DNA of 64,000 nucleotides from Macrostomum hystrix (Eukaryota; Animalia; Platyhelminthes), in NCBI GenBank assembly GCA_950097015.1, contig CATNEN010000038.1:5146001-5210000 (forward strand), read 5' to 3'. How positions within the stretch are numbered: position 1 is the stretch's first letter; each line of letters opens with the position of its first letter. Shown piece by piece: positions 13,901-25,501 of this stretch. The notes under the pieces were generated by a model. The model saw nothing but the letters and a program-made list of their open reading frames with translations, ran no database searches and had not been told where the DNA came from. A program made the position numbers and the translations under genes.

Positions 13901-14272
13901 CCTGTCTCATCTCTCACCTGTCTCATCTCTCACCTGTCTCATCTCTCACCTGTCTCATCTCTCACCTGTCTCATCTCTCACCTGTCTCATCTCTCACCTG
14001 TCTCATCTCTCACCTGTCTCATCTCTCACCTGTCTCATCTCTCACCTGTCCTATCTCTCATCTGTCTCATATCTCACCTGTCTTATCTCTCATCTGTTTA
14101 ATATCTGCCCTGTATCATCTCTCACCCTGTCTCAGCTCTCACCTGTCTCATCTCTCACCTATATCATCTCTTATCTGTCTCATCTCTACCCTGTCGCATC
14201 TCTCACCTGTCCCATCTCTCCCTGTCTCTGCTCTCACATCCTATATCTATCGCTTGTATCATCTCTCACCTG
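10981..14272. repeat. 16-bp minisatellite (TCACCTGTCTCATCTC)n, about 200 units, with higher-order duplications
   Basis: Direct tandem repeat; explains the spurious 828/956/420-aa ORFs. Confidence 0.97.
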
Positions 14273-14942
14273 TTCATATTCACTTTTTTGCCAGCGAGGC
14301 AACTAAGTTTATCAAGAGATGCAACAGGAAAAGGAAAAAAAAATTCGCATTATAATATACATGTAATTTATGGTAAAATATCGCAATATATAGAGATCGT
14401 GTATACGAGCTAAACTCCGAGAATTTGTAGAATTGAAAAGTTTGTGCAAAGATCATAATTTAGCCAATCATTTAACTTTGCAATCTCCAGCCTTCAGCTG
14501 ACTTGCTCAAATAACTCGAATTTACCGCTATAAGCTATTTGACAGTGCTTTGCTTAGGTATATTTTTGTGTGTTGAATATTGAGCAAGTTTTATTCAAAC
14601 CCAGCCACTGACCCAGCCACAATCACTGCTTGATGTGTTCTAAAAATAGACTAATGGGGCAGTATCGGGCAGTAAGTAGCATTGCATTTTACAGTCCACT
14701 TTGCCACGGCAATTCCGCCGATTTTATGTGGCATTCCAGGGGCTCCCCGCGGCTTTACCGCGGCTTTGTGCATGTTCCACTTGACACTGTGTCATGGTGT
14801 CAAGGAATACCCGGGAACAATCCGCGGTATTGCATTGGAAGTTTCTGCAGTTGAAATGAAAAATAGCAAACGAGGGGCCTTTTGATCAAGAATAGTTTGC
14901 GAATACGAAGTAGAACTGTTAGCTAATCCGCAGTTTTTTAAA

Positions 14943-15476
14943 ATGGTTTACCTATTTTGTGAAGCGATGCAAGACTTCACTGAGAACTCATTGAGCCGAC
15001 GCAATCGCAAAGCCTTGTTATCTGTCTCCGGCTGCATCGAGACCGTTACAAGAACTGTTCGACTGCAAGCACAAGACATCATCACCTGCCAGTCGCTGTT
15101 CGACTACCGCTCCGAGACATTCCAGCTCGCCGGCTGCCATTTCTACATTCGACTGCGGTGCATCCAGTCCTCCGCGACTCACAGGGCGGAAATTATAGCT
15201 TTTCTCACAATGGTCTCATCCACGGACTCAGCGAAGTCGACACTTCGCCTGCTGGCCAGTTGGTCGGCGACCTCGAGCAGCAAGTCGCATTTCCTGGCAC
15301 GGCAAATCAGCGAGTCGATCTGCTTTGAGCACAAGCCTATAGATAATTCGGACTGCTCAGTGCTAAGCAAAGGTGTCGAGTTAGTTGGCATTGACGAAAT
15401 GCAGCCATGCTGTGATGCTGACTGGCTGGAAATTCAGCTCCAATTGCAGTGCCAGCAGTCTGTTGGTATTGACTGA
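14943..15476 (+). CDS. Intronless 177-aa protein with a possible single divergent MATH/TRAF-like domain
   Basis: Open ORF more GC-rich than its flanks. YRSETFQLAGCHFYIRL resembles the MATH S-x-x-F-x-x-x-G-x-x-W/F motif, and the protein is beta-strand-rich. AATAAA lies about 80 nt after the stop. Confidence 0.5.
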   Translation: MVYLFCEAMQDFTENSLSRRNRKALLSVSGCIETVTRTVRLQAQDIITCQSLFDYRSETFQLAGCHFYIRLRCIQSSATHRAEIIAFLTMVSSTDSAKSTLRLLASWSATSSSKSHFLARQISESICFEHKPIDNSDCSVLSKGVELVGIDEMQPCCDADWLEIQLQLQCQQSVGID

Positions 15477-15716
15477 TGCTATTTAATTTGTTGTACATAA
15501 ATCGTGTAAATAACATTTCATTGATACTTAATTTGCAGTCTTTGTACAGACGACACAATAAACAAATCGCACGCATAATGTAATTAAGGTTGATCAAATG
15601 TAAACAGGTGGCTCCTGAGGTTTCAAATTTCATTGACATTTTATCCGCGTAAAGAAGAGAAATAATTACATAAAATATCGGATCGCCATCAGTGCAATAT
15701 ATTTAATACATGTAAC

Positions 15717-15977
15717 ATGTAGGATTCATAGTGAGATGTAGGATTCATAGTGAGATGTAGGATTCATAGTGAGATGTAGGATTCATAGTGAGATGTAGGA
15801 TTCATAGTGAGATGTAGGATTCATAGTGAGATGTAGGATTCATAGTGGGATGTAGGATTCATTGTGAGATGTAGGATTCATAGTGAGATGTAGGATTCAT
15901 AGTGAGATGTAGGATTCATAGTGAGATGTAGGATTCATAGTGAGATGTAGGATTCATAGTGAGATGTAGGATTCATA
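15717..15977. repeat. 19-bp minisatellite (ATGTAGGATTCATAGTGAG)n, about 13-14 units
   Basis: Direct tandem repeat. Confidence 0.95.
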
Positions 15978-16031
15978 AAGTCAGAAGGAGTCAATAATTT
16001 TGATTTGATTAGATCGCTCTTACCACTAAGC

Positions 16032-16255
16032 GGTTGTAGCCTAATGGTTAAAGCGTCGGACTCACGACTTGAAGGTCTGGGGTTCGATTTCCGAATATGC
16101 ATCAGCTGGGATAATTGAGGGTTGGAAGTAGCATCTCCCCAGTCCATGGACTGAACAGTCGTACGCAGCCTTCAGATGCGCCGCGTAATAGCTGCGGCTG
16201 TGCTGTCGGCTGCACATCTGGCCCAATTGGGGCAGGTGAAATCAATTACTATTTT
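16032..16255 (+). mobile_element. SINE family A with internal deletion of the CORE-like segment
   Basis: Head and tail match the 3388 copy; the segment between the B box and CATCAGCTGGG is missing. Confidence 0.8.
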
Positions 16256-17236
16256 TTTTCTGTTGTAAAGTACGAGTATTTATAAGAAAATGTAGATATG
16301 CAACACTGTGCTGGTAAGAAGCACAGTACTTAATTACGTTAAAACTAAACTCAAAGCGCTACATGTGCACTGCGAAGAATTAAGAACTTCCAGACAATTC
16401 TAAAGCGAATCGGAATTAAAATAATCCAACTGAGGTGGATGGGACTAGCTGGCCACTTCGCAGTTAGCAGTTGGCCGTTGCAGTTCTAATCATTTTATTT
16501 TCTTACTTTCAACAGGGGAGGAAATGACGTAGCATTAAAGAACCTCAGGTGCAATTCAGCTCGACCTAAAATAGGAGTTTAGGCTATTAGGCAGGTAATG
16601 CTTGGGGGAGGGGCGCATCTGTGGGGAGGGAAGGGACGAAGGGGGGCAGACACAGATTTCTCAGGTGGTTTCTGTGCGCGCGAGAGCCGACTAAATTTTT
16701 TTTTATGTGGGGTGGCCCTTATCTCTCCTGTAGCTCCACCCTCTAACTCGCCGAGGGCCTAGCGTGTCCTCCGAGTGCCCCGCGTCCCCCGTGTGCTCTC
16801 TCTGGCTTCGCCTGTCCCTTCCTCACTTCCCTCCTCCTCTCCTTCGCTCCCTCCCCAGCTAAAGCCAATCCCACTATTCTCTAATCCCGGCTTCGTGTCC
16901 ACGGCGTGCCCTCGTCTCCCTTCGCTCAAAGGCAAAACGCGAACTACTCCTGAAAGCAAAAAAACTGAACGAAAGTCGAAGTCCTTCTGCTTCTCTGTCC
17001 TTCGCTTTTCCTGTCTGTCATTTATTATTTTCTTGCACGGGGTCTCGCGCCTCTGACTGCCTTAAAGCAATTGGCTGCTTTTTAGTTTTAGTTTGCTTTA
17101 AGCCGTTTGTAATATCAGCCTCATTTTCCATAGTCCCATCCTCGTTGCTGCTGCTGCTGCTGCATTGCTAACCGATAAGTCTGTCTGTCATTGTGTTGAG
17201 TCTATCAGTGCTCAAAACTAACCATCAGCTAGCCCG

Positions 17237-19366
17237 ATGCAGCGAGACAGGCACTCTGGTAAGCCATTTGTTGTACCGCTTATTGTAAAATTTAATATTA
17301 AAGCTCTACTCACGACTCAAGCTAAACAAATTTTATAAATCAGCACCTTTTGAAGACCAGGTTTAGTTTAGTCATGCACGCAAGACAGTTACAATTCGTC
17401 ATGATTAAATTGGAATAGGAATTGGCTTTGTTGACAGTGCTTGATAGAACACGTGATTCAGACTGCGCATAAAAATAGTTTGCTAGAAATAAACTGCTTG
17501 GCTTACACCTGATTTGCACAAAACTAGCACCAGTAGGTCTTATCTACGAACATATATGGCTAGTACATATTTTATTGCTAATACGAAAATGTAGGTAAAA
17601 TGCTCAATAATTGGAGCAATTATGATAACCATCTTTATAATAATAATAATAATAATAATTTCAGGAGGGCTGCGGGTAATGGCACATTATTTAGAGACAC
17701 TAGACCCGCAACCAGCGAGGAGGCAACTCTACCCATTTCGCTGACTCCTGAGAAGACACGCACACAGAAACTGTACGCAGGCATACGCTCACACAGGTGT
17801 GTACATCTGCCCTGACTTTCTCATCGTCAGGCAGTGTACATTTAACTGTGTCTTGGAGGTTGGCCCACAAGAGAGTAAATTGCACGACAAGCACCCGAGC
17901 CTTCTCTCCGCGGCTGCGCCCCAAATACATGTGGCCTCACTGTGGAATCGAACTTAGGGACCTTGGTGCGAGAGGCAAACGCGATAACCGCTCTGCCACC
18001 GACCCCCCAACTATCTTTATAGTCACAGTTCTCTAGATCCAGATGGTGACAGTTCTCTAGATCCAGATGGTGACAGTTCTCTAGATCCAGATGGTGACAG
18101 TTCTCTAGATCCAGATGGTGACAGTTCTCTAGATCCAGATGGTGACAGTTCTCTAGATCCAGATGGTGACAGTTCTCTAGATCCAGATGGTGACAGTTCT
18201 CTAGATCCAGATGGTGACAGTTCTCTAGATCCAGATGGTGACAGTTCTCTAGATCCAGATGGTGACAGTTCTCTAGATCCAGATGGTGACAGTTCTCTAG
18301 ATCCAGATGGTGACAGTTCTCTAGATCCAGATGGTGACAGTTCTCTAGATCCAGATGGTGACAGTTCTCTAGATCCAGATGGTGACAGTTCTCTAGATCC
18401 AGATGGTGACAGTTCTCTAGATCCAGATGGTGACAGTTCTCTAGATCCAGATGGTGACAGTTCTCTAGATCCAGATGGTGACAGTTCTCTAGATCCAGAT
18501 GGTGACAGTTCTCTAGATCCAGATGGTGACAGTTCTCTAGATCCAGATGGTGACAGTTCTCTAGATCCAGATGGTGACAGTTCTCTAGATCCAGAGGATA
18601 AAAGTTCTCTAGATCCAGAGGATAAAAGTTCTCTAGATATAGTGAGCGATGTTTCCCTAGGTCTAGAGGATGAGCAGTTTTTTTAATCGGAATCTCCGAA
18701 TCCTCCCAAGGCGAGTCTTCCTCCGAGCACGGAGCAGTCGGCGGCCCGCCGCCCCCATCGCCGTCTATGGCATCAACTGCTGGACTAGAAAGCGTCACAG
18801 CCGGAGAAGACACGTTCAGCACGCCGACATTCAGTTTGCGAGCGCAGAAGAAGATCGCCAGCCAGTTGGCCTCAAAGAAGGCCGTCAAGATATTCTTGGA
18901 CGCTCCGTCGGCTCGCGTTTTCGACAAGATGTACAAAATTGTGAAGACGCACACGCAGTCAAGACTGGCGGCACAGAAGCTGATGAAGCAGATTATCAAG
19001 ATCAACCTGAAGATCGGTGTGCTCTACCTCAATGACGCCTTCAACGAAGAGGAGATGACTTTGGCCGATGACTTTCGTGATAAATTCAACGACCTGGCTA
19101 CGGCTCTGGTGCGAATGCAGAAGCGTCAATCGCCGATCAACCCGCCGGAACTCGTCCGCCAGCTGACCGACTGTGAGCAGCTCGTACTGCGCCTCATCAG
19201 GCGCCACCTGAGTGACAAGTCGCTGCAGACTGTGCGCACCTGCTCCAAGTTCTTTAGAGAGCCGCGCCTGCTTAACGACATTTTCGATAGCAGCTCACCA
19301 ATTGCAGCTCAGATGGAGAGCCTTTGCGACGATGTCCAGGACTTGCTAGACCGAGGCGTCATATGA
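17237..19366 (+). CDS. TNFAIP8: TNF-alpha-induced protein 8 (TIPE) family protein, about 225 aa
   Basis: Family motifs FSTPTFSLRAQKKIASQLASK and AQKLMKQIIKINLKIGVLYLNDAFNEEE. A probable short first coding exon 17237-17258 (ATG...TCTG|GTAAG) joins in phase 1 to 18711-19366. The alternative start is the ATG at 18767. Confidence 0.9.
17637..18008 (-). mobile_element. SINE family B, full length, in TNFAIP8 intron
   Basis: A/B boxes, 3' stem-loop and (ATT)n tail. Confidence 0.88.
18022..18638. repeat. 24-bp minisatellite (GACAGTTCTCTAGATCCAGATGGT)n, about 25 units, in TNFAIP8 intron
   Basis: Near-perfect tandem repeat with two diverged terminal units. Confidence 0.97.
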
Positions 19367-20974
19367 TGCTCCGGTGGCTTGAAGCAGAATTTAAATGACC
19401 GGCTCCTTTGTTAGGATGATTAATATATATTATTTGCACCTGATGTTGTTGACAGTGACGATAAATCTAGCCGCGGCCGTGTTATCTTTTGTAAAAACTC
19501 GTTGATTTCGGATTCGTACAGGCAATCTATTGAATCATTTTTATAAGCAGCGTTACTAATCGCCTTTCACTGTCGCCCCTTTGTCTAACCGGATAGTCGC
19601 AGGTTATTCCTGTGGCAGCCGCTCGAAAGACCCAGATGAGTGGAATACTGTACACAGTCAATAATCTAGTCCAGTGTCTCATTACTGTCCGGTATTAAAT
19701 ACCCATTGCTGTGAATTTGTTATCCGTCTGTTTTGTTCCGTCTTTCCATAGTCAAGACTTGTATTTATTGTAGCTTTCTGTACACGAATGCACGCACTGT
19801 TCCGCTCAAAAGAAAGGCTACGTGATTTACGTATAAACGTACACAATCAGCTGTTAATTCAAGAAAAGGCAAGCTTTGACTCAAAGCAGAGCAACACGGG
19901 ACCACAATAATTTATCGTGTCTTTTTGCCGCTCTTGATCATCGCTTGAAAACAAGTAAAACAAGCTTTCACTGTGCTTTTGGTCAATAAATGGCTGTAAA
20001 TTAATGAATTTGTGCTTTTAATTCTAGTTTTTTAATATTTTTGCGCTAGGTTTTTTAATCTTTTAAAACAGAGGGGAAGTGTTTTTTAATTAACTAAGCC
20101 GCGATTTTTATTTGATTCAATTTTAAAATTTGCAACGCTTTTCTAGTGCCGACATTTTTCGCGCTGTTTTTAACATTCTTCTAAATTAACTACAAACGAA
20201 TATTTATCGAACTTTTTTTCTGGGACAACAACTGTTTTAAAACGCTTTTTCGTTTGTTTATTGCTTGTGCTCGCACAATTTTCGCACCAATTTGAAATGC
20301 TCACAAAAACTTGAAAGCTGCTTCAAAAACGCAATCGTTAAGAGTTTTTGCATTGCTGAGTTTTCAAAGTTTCAATTGACTGTTTATTGTCGAAAAGAGA
20401 AAAAAGAATACAATATTTGTTTTATTGTTCTGTCTTGCCAATCTTAACTGCATGCTCTGCTTTTGGTTTTCAAACCAGCGTTGTCGTTCCCTGTTTCCTT
20501 TATGCAAACTACACAATTGGAGACTTGAAATTCTTCAAAACTCTTTTATATAGTAACTGCTGAACTAGAGTCTTGGAAGAAAAACTCCAGGAAAAGTATT
20601 AAATGTAGAAACTCCAGAAGTGGAGGCCTTGAAATAGAAACTTCTATTTCTAGAAAATTGAAATAAAAGTGGAGTCTTTTTAATAGGGACTACAGAACTG
20701 GAGTCTTTACAAAAAGTAGTACAAATTTTTGTCTAAATATATTTAGCGATATAAGCGCGCCATAACGAGATTTCCCCACGCGGAAAGTGCTTCAGTTAAG
20801 CAGTTGGAGAGGCCGATGGGCTCGGGAAATGGTTTCCCAACATCTGAAACCCAGGGATGACGAGGGACGCAGATGCCGCTTCTTCCTCCGCGACAGAGAC
20901 TATGCGCTTCTTAAGTAACTGCCTTTGACTGCCGAATTTCGAGTCATAGTCCATAGTCCTTTCGGTATATTTTT

Positions 20975-21455
20975 CGCCTCAAACATTGTTTTCTACCGTG
21001 CTCTTGTACAACGCCCACACGTGGACCCTGACCAGCTCGCAGGAGCGGCAGTTGGACGCCGCACACGCAGCTCTCCTGCGCGCCGCCTTCGGGATCCACT
21101 ACTCGCCGAACACCGCCACCATTGTCACCAACGATGAATTGTACCGCCAAGCCCAGCTCCGTCGACCAAGCCAGCTACTGCGATCCCGGCGCCTGCAGCT
21201 GGCCGGACACGTCTTTCGAGCGGAGCAGCGCTGCCCAGAGCCCCTGCAGGATGTACTGTTGCTTTCCCTGCAGGGACCGCGGCGGCGTGGCCAGGCGAGG
21301 ACAGTGCGCTACGTCGACCTGCTTCTGTCGGACGCTGGCATCTCCGACCCCCGAGGAGTGACAATTCTGCGAAACGCTGCGCTTGCGCGCGCATTTTGAC
21401 AGTTACCCACCTTCGGCACCGCCGGGGTAGCTGTAATTTGTTGTTGTTGTTGTTT
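20975..21455 (+). mobile_element. 3' fragment of an RTE-like non-LTR retrotransposon
   Basis: Post-RT motifs STVLLYNAHTWTLT, VTNDELY, RRLQLAGHV and GPRRRG. The stop is followed by a hairpin (ACAGTTACCC...GGGTAGCTGT) and a (TTG)n tail. Confidence 0.8.
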
Positions 21456-21459
21456 CTAC

Positions 21460-23218
21460 CGTACCGTCGCAAAAGGCGTTCGAGCGTAGTTGTGTAAATT
21501 CTACCTAGCGTCAGCAGGACCATTGACGGATACTGAAAACCCGAGTGAGCACCTGGTCGGAGCAAATCGGCATACTCGACGAAAACCAAGTCAGGTTTCG
21601 GAAAGGCCGGTCCACAATGGATGCCACGCAGGTGATCCTCCGCCTACATGAAGATGCAACGACGATTCTAGAGAGCCCGGACTTCGTGGCCAGCATGGAC
21701 ACCGAGATCACACTACTCGACCTTCGCAAGCATGCCCCCACGTGAACAAACTAGTACTATGGGAGCTGCTAAAGCTCTACAGCATGACTGACAGCACGAT
21801 AGGAAAGCTCGAAGACCTTCATAAGCACACCACAATTAAGGTAATTTGTGACAAAGAGACCAGCACTGGATTCTACCCACAGCGAGGACTACGTGAAGGC
21901 TGCGCGACATCGCCTGTGTTTTTTAAGATGTATCACCAAGTGGTAATACGCATTGCGGAAGCCGGACGCGCTAGGGCCGCAAAAGAGAACGGTCTGGATC
22001 CTGCAGGTCAACAGAACGAATCGCTGCGGGCACAGCCTGCCGCCGCAACGAATCAAAACGCAAAAAAGAATATAACACAGAGATGCACATCATAATGTCC
22101 TTGTTTGCGGACGATACGACGATCCCTGGGACAACCGAAGAATGCCGAAAGGGAACAGCGATTGTCAGGGAAATCATGGGGAAATTATAAAAACGCACGA
22201 ACGACGATAAAGAAAAAAGCGCCATCTTAGGGACTCCCGAAGCCGACTAGATCCGGATGCTAGGGACCTGGCTGGGAAGGAAAGAAGAGCATGGAAAAAG
22301 GTTTATCGTGGAGCCAGAGCATGGGCACGAGTCCGCAACATGCTTCGACGAATGAGGCTCAGCAAGAGGACACAGGCGAAGATAGTCGAAGCGTGCGTCG
22401 AGAGCATGGTACTATTCAATGCTGGCACATGCCCTTTCCAGAAGGCAGAAATCAGGAGAAGCTGCAATGGACGGCAGATACCGGTACATCTGGAGCAGCA
22501 AGACAAAGCCACCATGCTGATCGAGACCGAGGAGCGGAGAGAAAATATGTGGGATGTGAGACACAAGCTTGGAGTCCACAGCGTGAACGTGAAAATCGAA
22601 GCCGCCCACTGGAGAAGGATGGGCCACGTTCTACGGGCACCGGACAGCAACATCACGAGACGGGCAGTTATCAGCTGGAGCAAGATGCTAGAAGGAATTC
22701 GGAAAGCAAAGAAACACAGAGAGCCATCAATTAGCTACTGGAAGAAGCTGGTACGGGCGGCAGGCATAGATAAGCTACAAATCGATCGCCTGGTCAGGAA
22801 CCGGAGCTGATCGGATTCCGCTGCCGGTTAGAAGGTTGCGTCTGTGTCAAGGGCTAGCCTCGCCATCCATCAATGAAGAATGCACCACCAGATCAAGAAG
22901 AGAAAACTCCCTTGCCTGAAGTGTGGCACGAGGCCCTTTGCAACACGGAGGCCACGCGCAAGAACCTCGCGAAATGGTGTCGAGGAGGGCAACAGGACGC
23001 GGGAAGCGGGCTCACAGCCGGACAATAGGACACCGGCGCTGCAAGCCGTAGCAAGCACAAAGACTACTGAAGCGGCACGAATCTACCTGAGCGTCAGGGT
23101 GCCATGCCCCTACTGCGTCAGGCACCTGGTGCGAACGAACATGGCAAAGCACAGGAGGAGGTGCGTCCTCGTCGACAGAGCCGCTAGCAAAGCGGCATAA
23201 TATAATATAATTATAATT
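21460..23218 (+). mobile_element. 5'-truncated, frameshifted non-LTR retrotransposon (RT plus C-terminal Cys/His motif)
   Basis: RT motifs in shifting frames: NQVRFRKGRSTMDA, RGLREGCATSP, SLFADDT (about 22098) and WRRMGHVLR. C-terminal CPYC...HRRRC, then an AT-rich tail. Confidence 0.88.
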
Positions 23219-24626
23219 TTTGTTAAAAGTTTCTTCTTACGATTAAGCATCTTTAGACTTCAGTCCACTAAACTAATTGGAGTCTTGGGATAGAAACTTC
23301 ACAATTGGAGTCTGTAGATGTAAGTGTTTTGTAAAGCGGTTGGATCCAAGGCACTTCTAGCATGCTGTGGCTCTGCTAACAAGCTAAGTGAAAGAATCCA
23401 GCGAATGCAAGTCAAGCCGTCCAGCATTGATGTAGTAAATTTCAATCGAAAGAATGCTAAAGCAATCGTTAAACTACGAGTATATATTTGAATGTAGCGC
23501 ATTTGACTTTGTTTTTGTGCTTAGAAAAAGGCATTGCAGATGACCGTTCCGTATAGAATTTGACGCATGTCAGAAAACTCAGTATATTAATCTACAGTGC
23601 ACAGTAAGTCTAGTTACAGGTTTCGGGATGAAACACTACAATTACACTAATTATAGAACTGTAGAAACTTTTTCAAGAAGCATCGAAGCAAATTTTCGAA
23701 TGTGCAGCACACACTTAGAGTTTTGCGGTAGTGTAATGCTTGACATGAACAAAATATTTCTTTTTTTGGTTAATGCAGCAATCGCTACGTTTAAACCGAC
23801 TCTGTCAATGGGACACAATACTGAAAACCTGTCAATTAAGAAGCTTTCCTTTTTAGATTTAATATTCCTTTATGAACCCTTCTAGCTGAAACTGAAATAA
23901 GCAAACACAAATGTGAAAATATAATTTAACATAAGCTTTTAAAATCATTTAACGGAACGGAAGTTATCAAATTTCTTTCAAGTCGTCATTGAAATTGGCC
24001 TAACTCCTCATTGAAAATGTAAGATAGCCAGTGGTTCGCAAAATGGGGATTTAATGTGATTTGTCTCTCCGGGTTCTATTTTCGGAACTCCACGCTCGCA
24101 TAGTCTATCCAATAACTGGGAGCCAGGTTACTAATTTCAGCTTCCGTAAGCAGAAGAAGATAAGAATAAAGAGCCTGGCAAAGATAGAAGAGGGGCTGCA
24201 ATTTGCGATGTTATATGAGCTGATAACAGAAAAACAAATCCTTTTCACGTGTTCTATTCTGAGCACAGAGACATTTTTGCATGATTGAGTTCATTAGTTT
24301 TATCATTTTCTGGGTATATCGATAGCTTTGCGTTTTTACTAAAGACACATCATGTTACTAAGCAAGCCAAAGCCAATGACAGGAATGATAATGAGGCTGT
24401 TTTAAAAAACCAGACTCACAACAACAGAGAAGCGGTAGGCGTACAAAAAACTCATTAAAGCGCAGTAACAAATGACTACAATAACTTACTTACAATAACT
24501 TACTCGTAGTTACTTCAGACAAGCAGCCGCTTCTGCTTCCCTCGGCTCACACACATGACGGTGTGTACATCTGCCCGGGGCTTTTAATAAAGAAGTTTAC
24601 TGTTTACTGTTTACTGTTTACTGTTT

Positions 24627-24982
24627 GGGGGGTCGGTGGCAGAGCGGTTATCGCGTTTGCCTCTCGCACCAAGGTCCCTAAGTTCGATTCCACGGTGAGG
24701 CCACATGTACGAGCTATTTGGGGCGCAGCCGCGGAGAGAAGGCTCGGGTGATGATCGTGCAATTTACGCTCTTGTTGGCCAACCTCCAAGGCACAGTGAA
24801 ATGTACACTGCCTGACGATGAGAAAGTCAGGGCAGATGTACACACAATCCTGTGTGTGTGCCTGCGTACAGTATCCGTGTGCGTGTGTGCTCAGGAGTCA
24901 GCGAAACGAGCAGAATTGCCTCCTCGCTGGCTGCGGGTCTAGTGTCACTAAATGTTGTGCCATTGCCCGCAGCCCTCCTGCA

Positions 24983-25012
<30 letters not shown>
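24627..25012 (+). mobile_element. SINE family B, full length
   Basis: A box TGGCAGAGCGG, B box GTTCGATTCC, long (ATT)n tail; preceded by (TTTACTG)x4. Confidence 0.9.
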
Positions 25013-25014
<2 letters not shown>

Positions 25015-25039
25015 TGTTCAAACCGCCACTAAAATAAAA

Positions 25040-25352
25040 ATAATAATTGCAGGAGGGCTGCGGGCAATGGCACATCATTTAGTGACACTAGACCCGAAGC
25101 CAGCGAGGAGGCCCTTCTGAAATTTCGCTGACTCCCGAACACACACACTGCAGGCTTTCTCATCGTCAGGCAGGGTACACTCCCACTACTGGGCCTTGGA
25201 AGTTGACCCTCCAGGGCGTAAATTTGCAAGAAAAGCCCCCCAAGCCTTCTCCCCGCGGCTGCGCCCAAAATAAATGAGGCCTCGCCGTGGAATCGAGCTC
25301 AGGGACATTGGTACGAGCGGCAAGCGCGTTAATAGCTCTGCCATCGCCCCTC
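25040..25352 (-). mobile_element. SINE family B, diverged copy, tail-to-tail with the 24627 copy
   Basis: Reverse-complement match with an internal deletion. Confidence 0.85.
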
Positions 25353-25501
25353 CAATGACCCATTTGCACTAGATAAATAATATCTTGCTCTAGAACTTCC
25401 TTCAGAATTTTTTTAGAATAATCTCTTGAAGTTAACAAACAGTAAAATTTTCTGTACAAAGAATGAACCACGAAAAACGGCTCAACTGTTTATCAAACAC
25501 G

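Noticed and set aside
10766-14355. Long ORFs of 828, 956 and 420 aa
   Set aside because: Stop-free translations of the 16-bp minisatellite; the same peptide appears in all frames
17842-19005. 387-aa minus-strand ORF with LDLENCHH repeats (LRR-like look)
   Set aside because: Made of antisense TNFAIP8, a 24-bp repeat and a SINE; no independent coding evidence
24910-24985. Firm call of an HDV-like ribozyme in SINE B
   Set aside because: The P1 partner lies downstream rather than upstream, and the P1.1 GG and J4/2 are not in canonical positions; kept only as a low-interest lead
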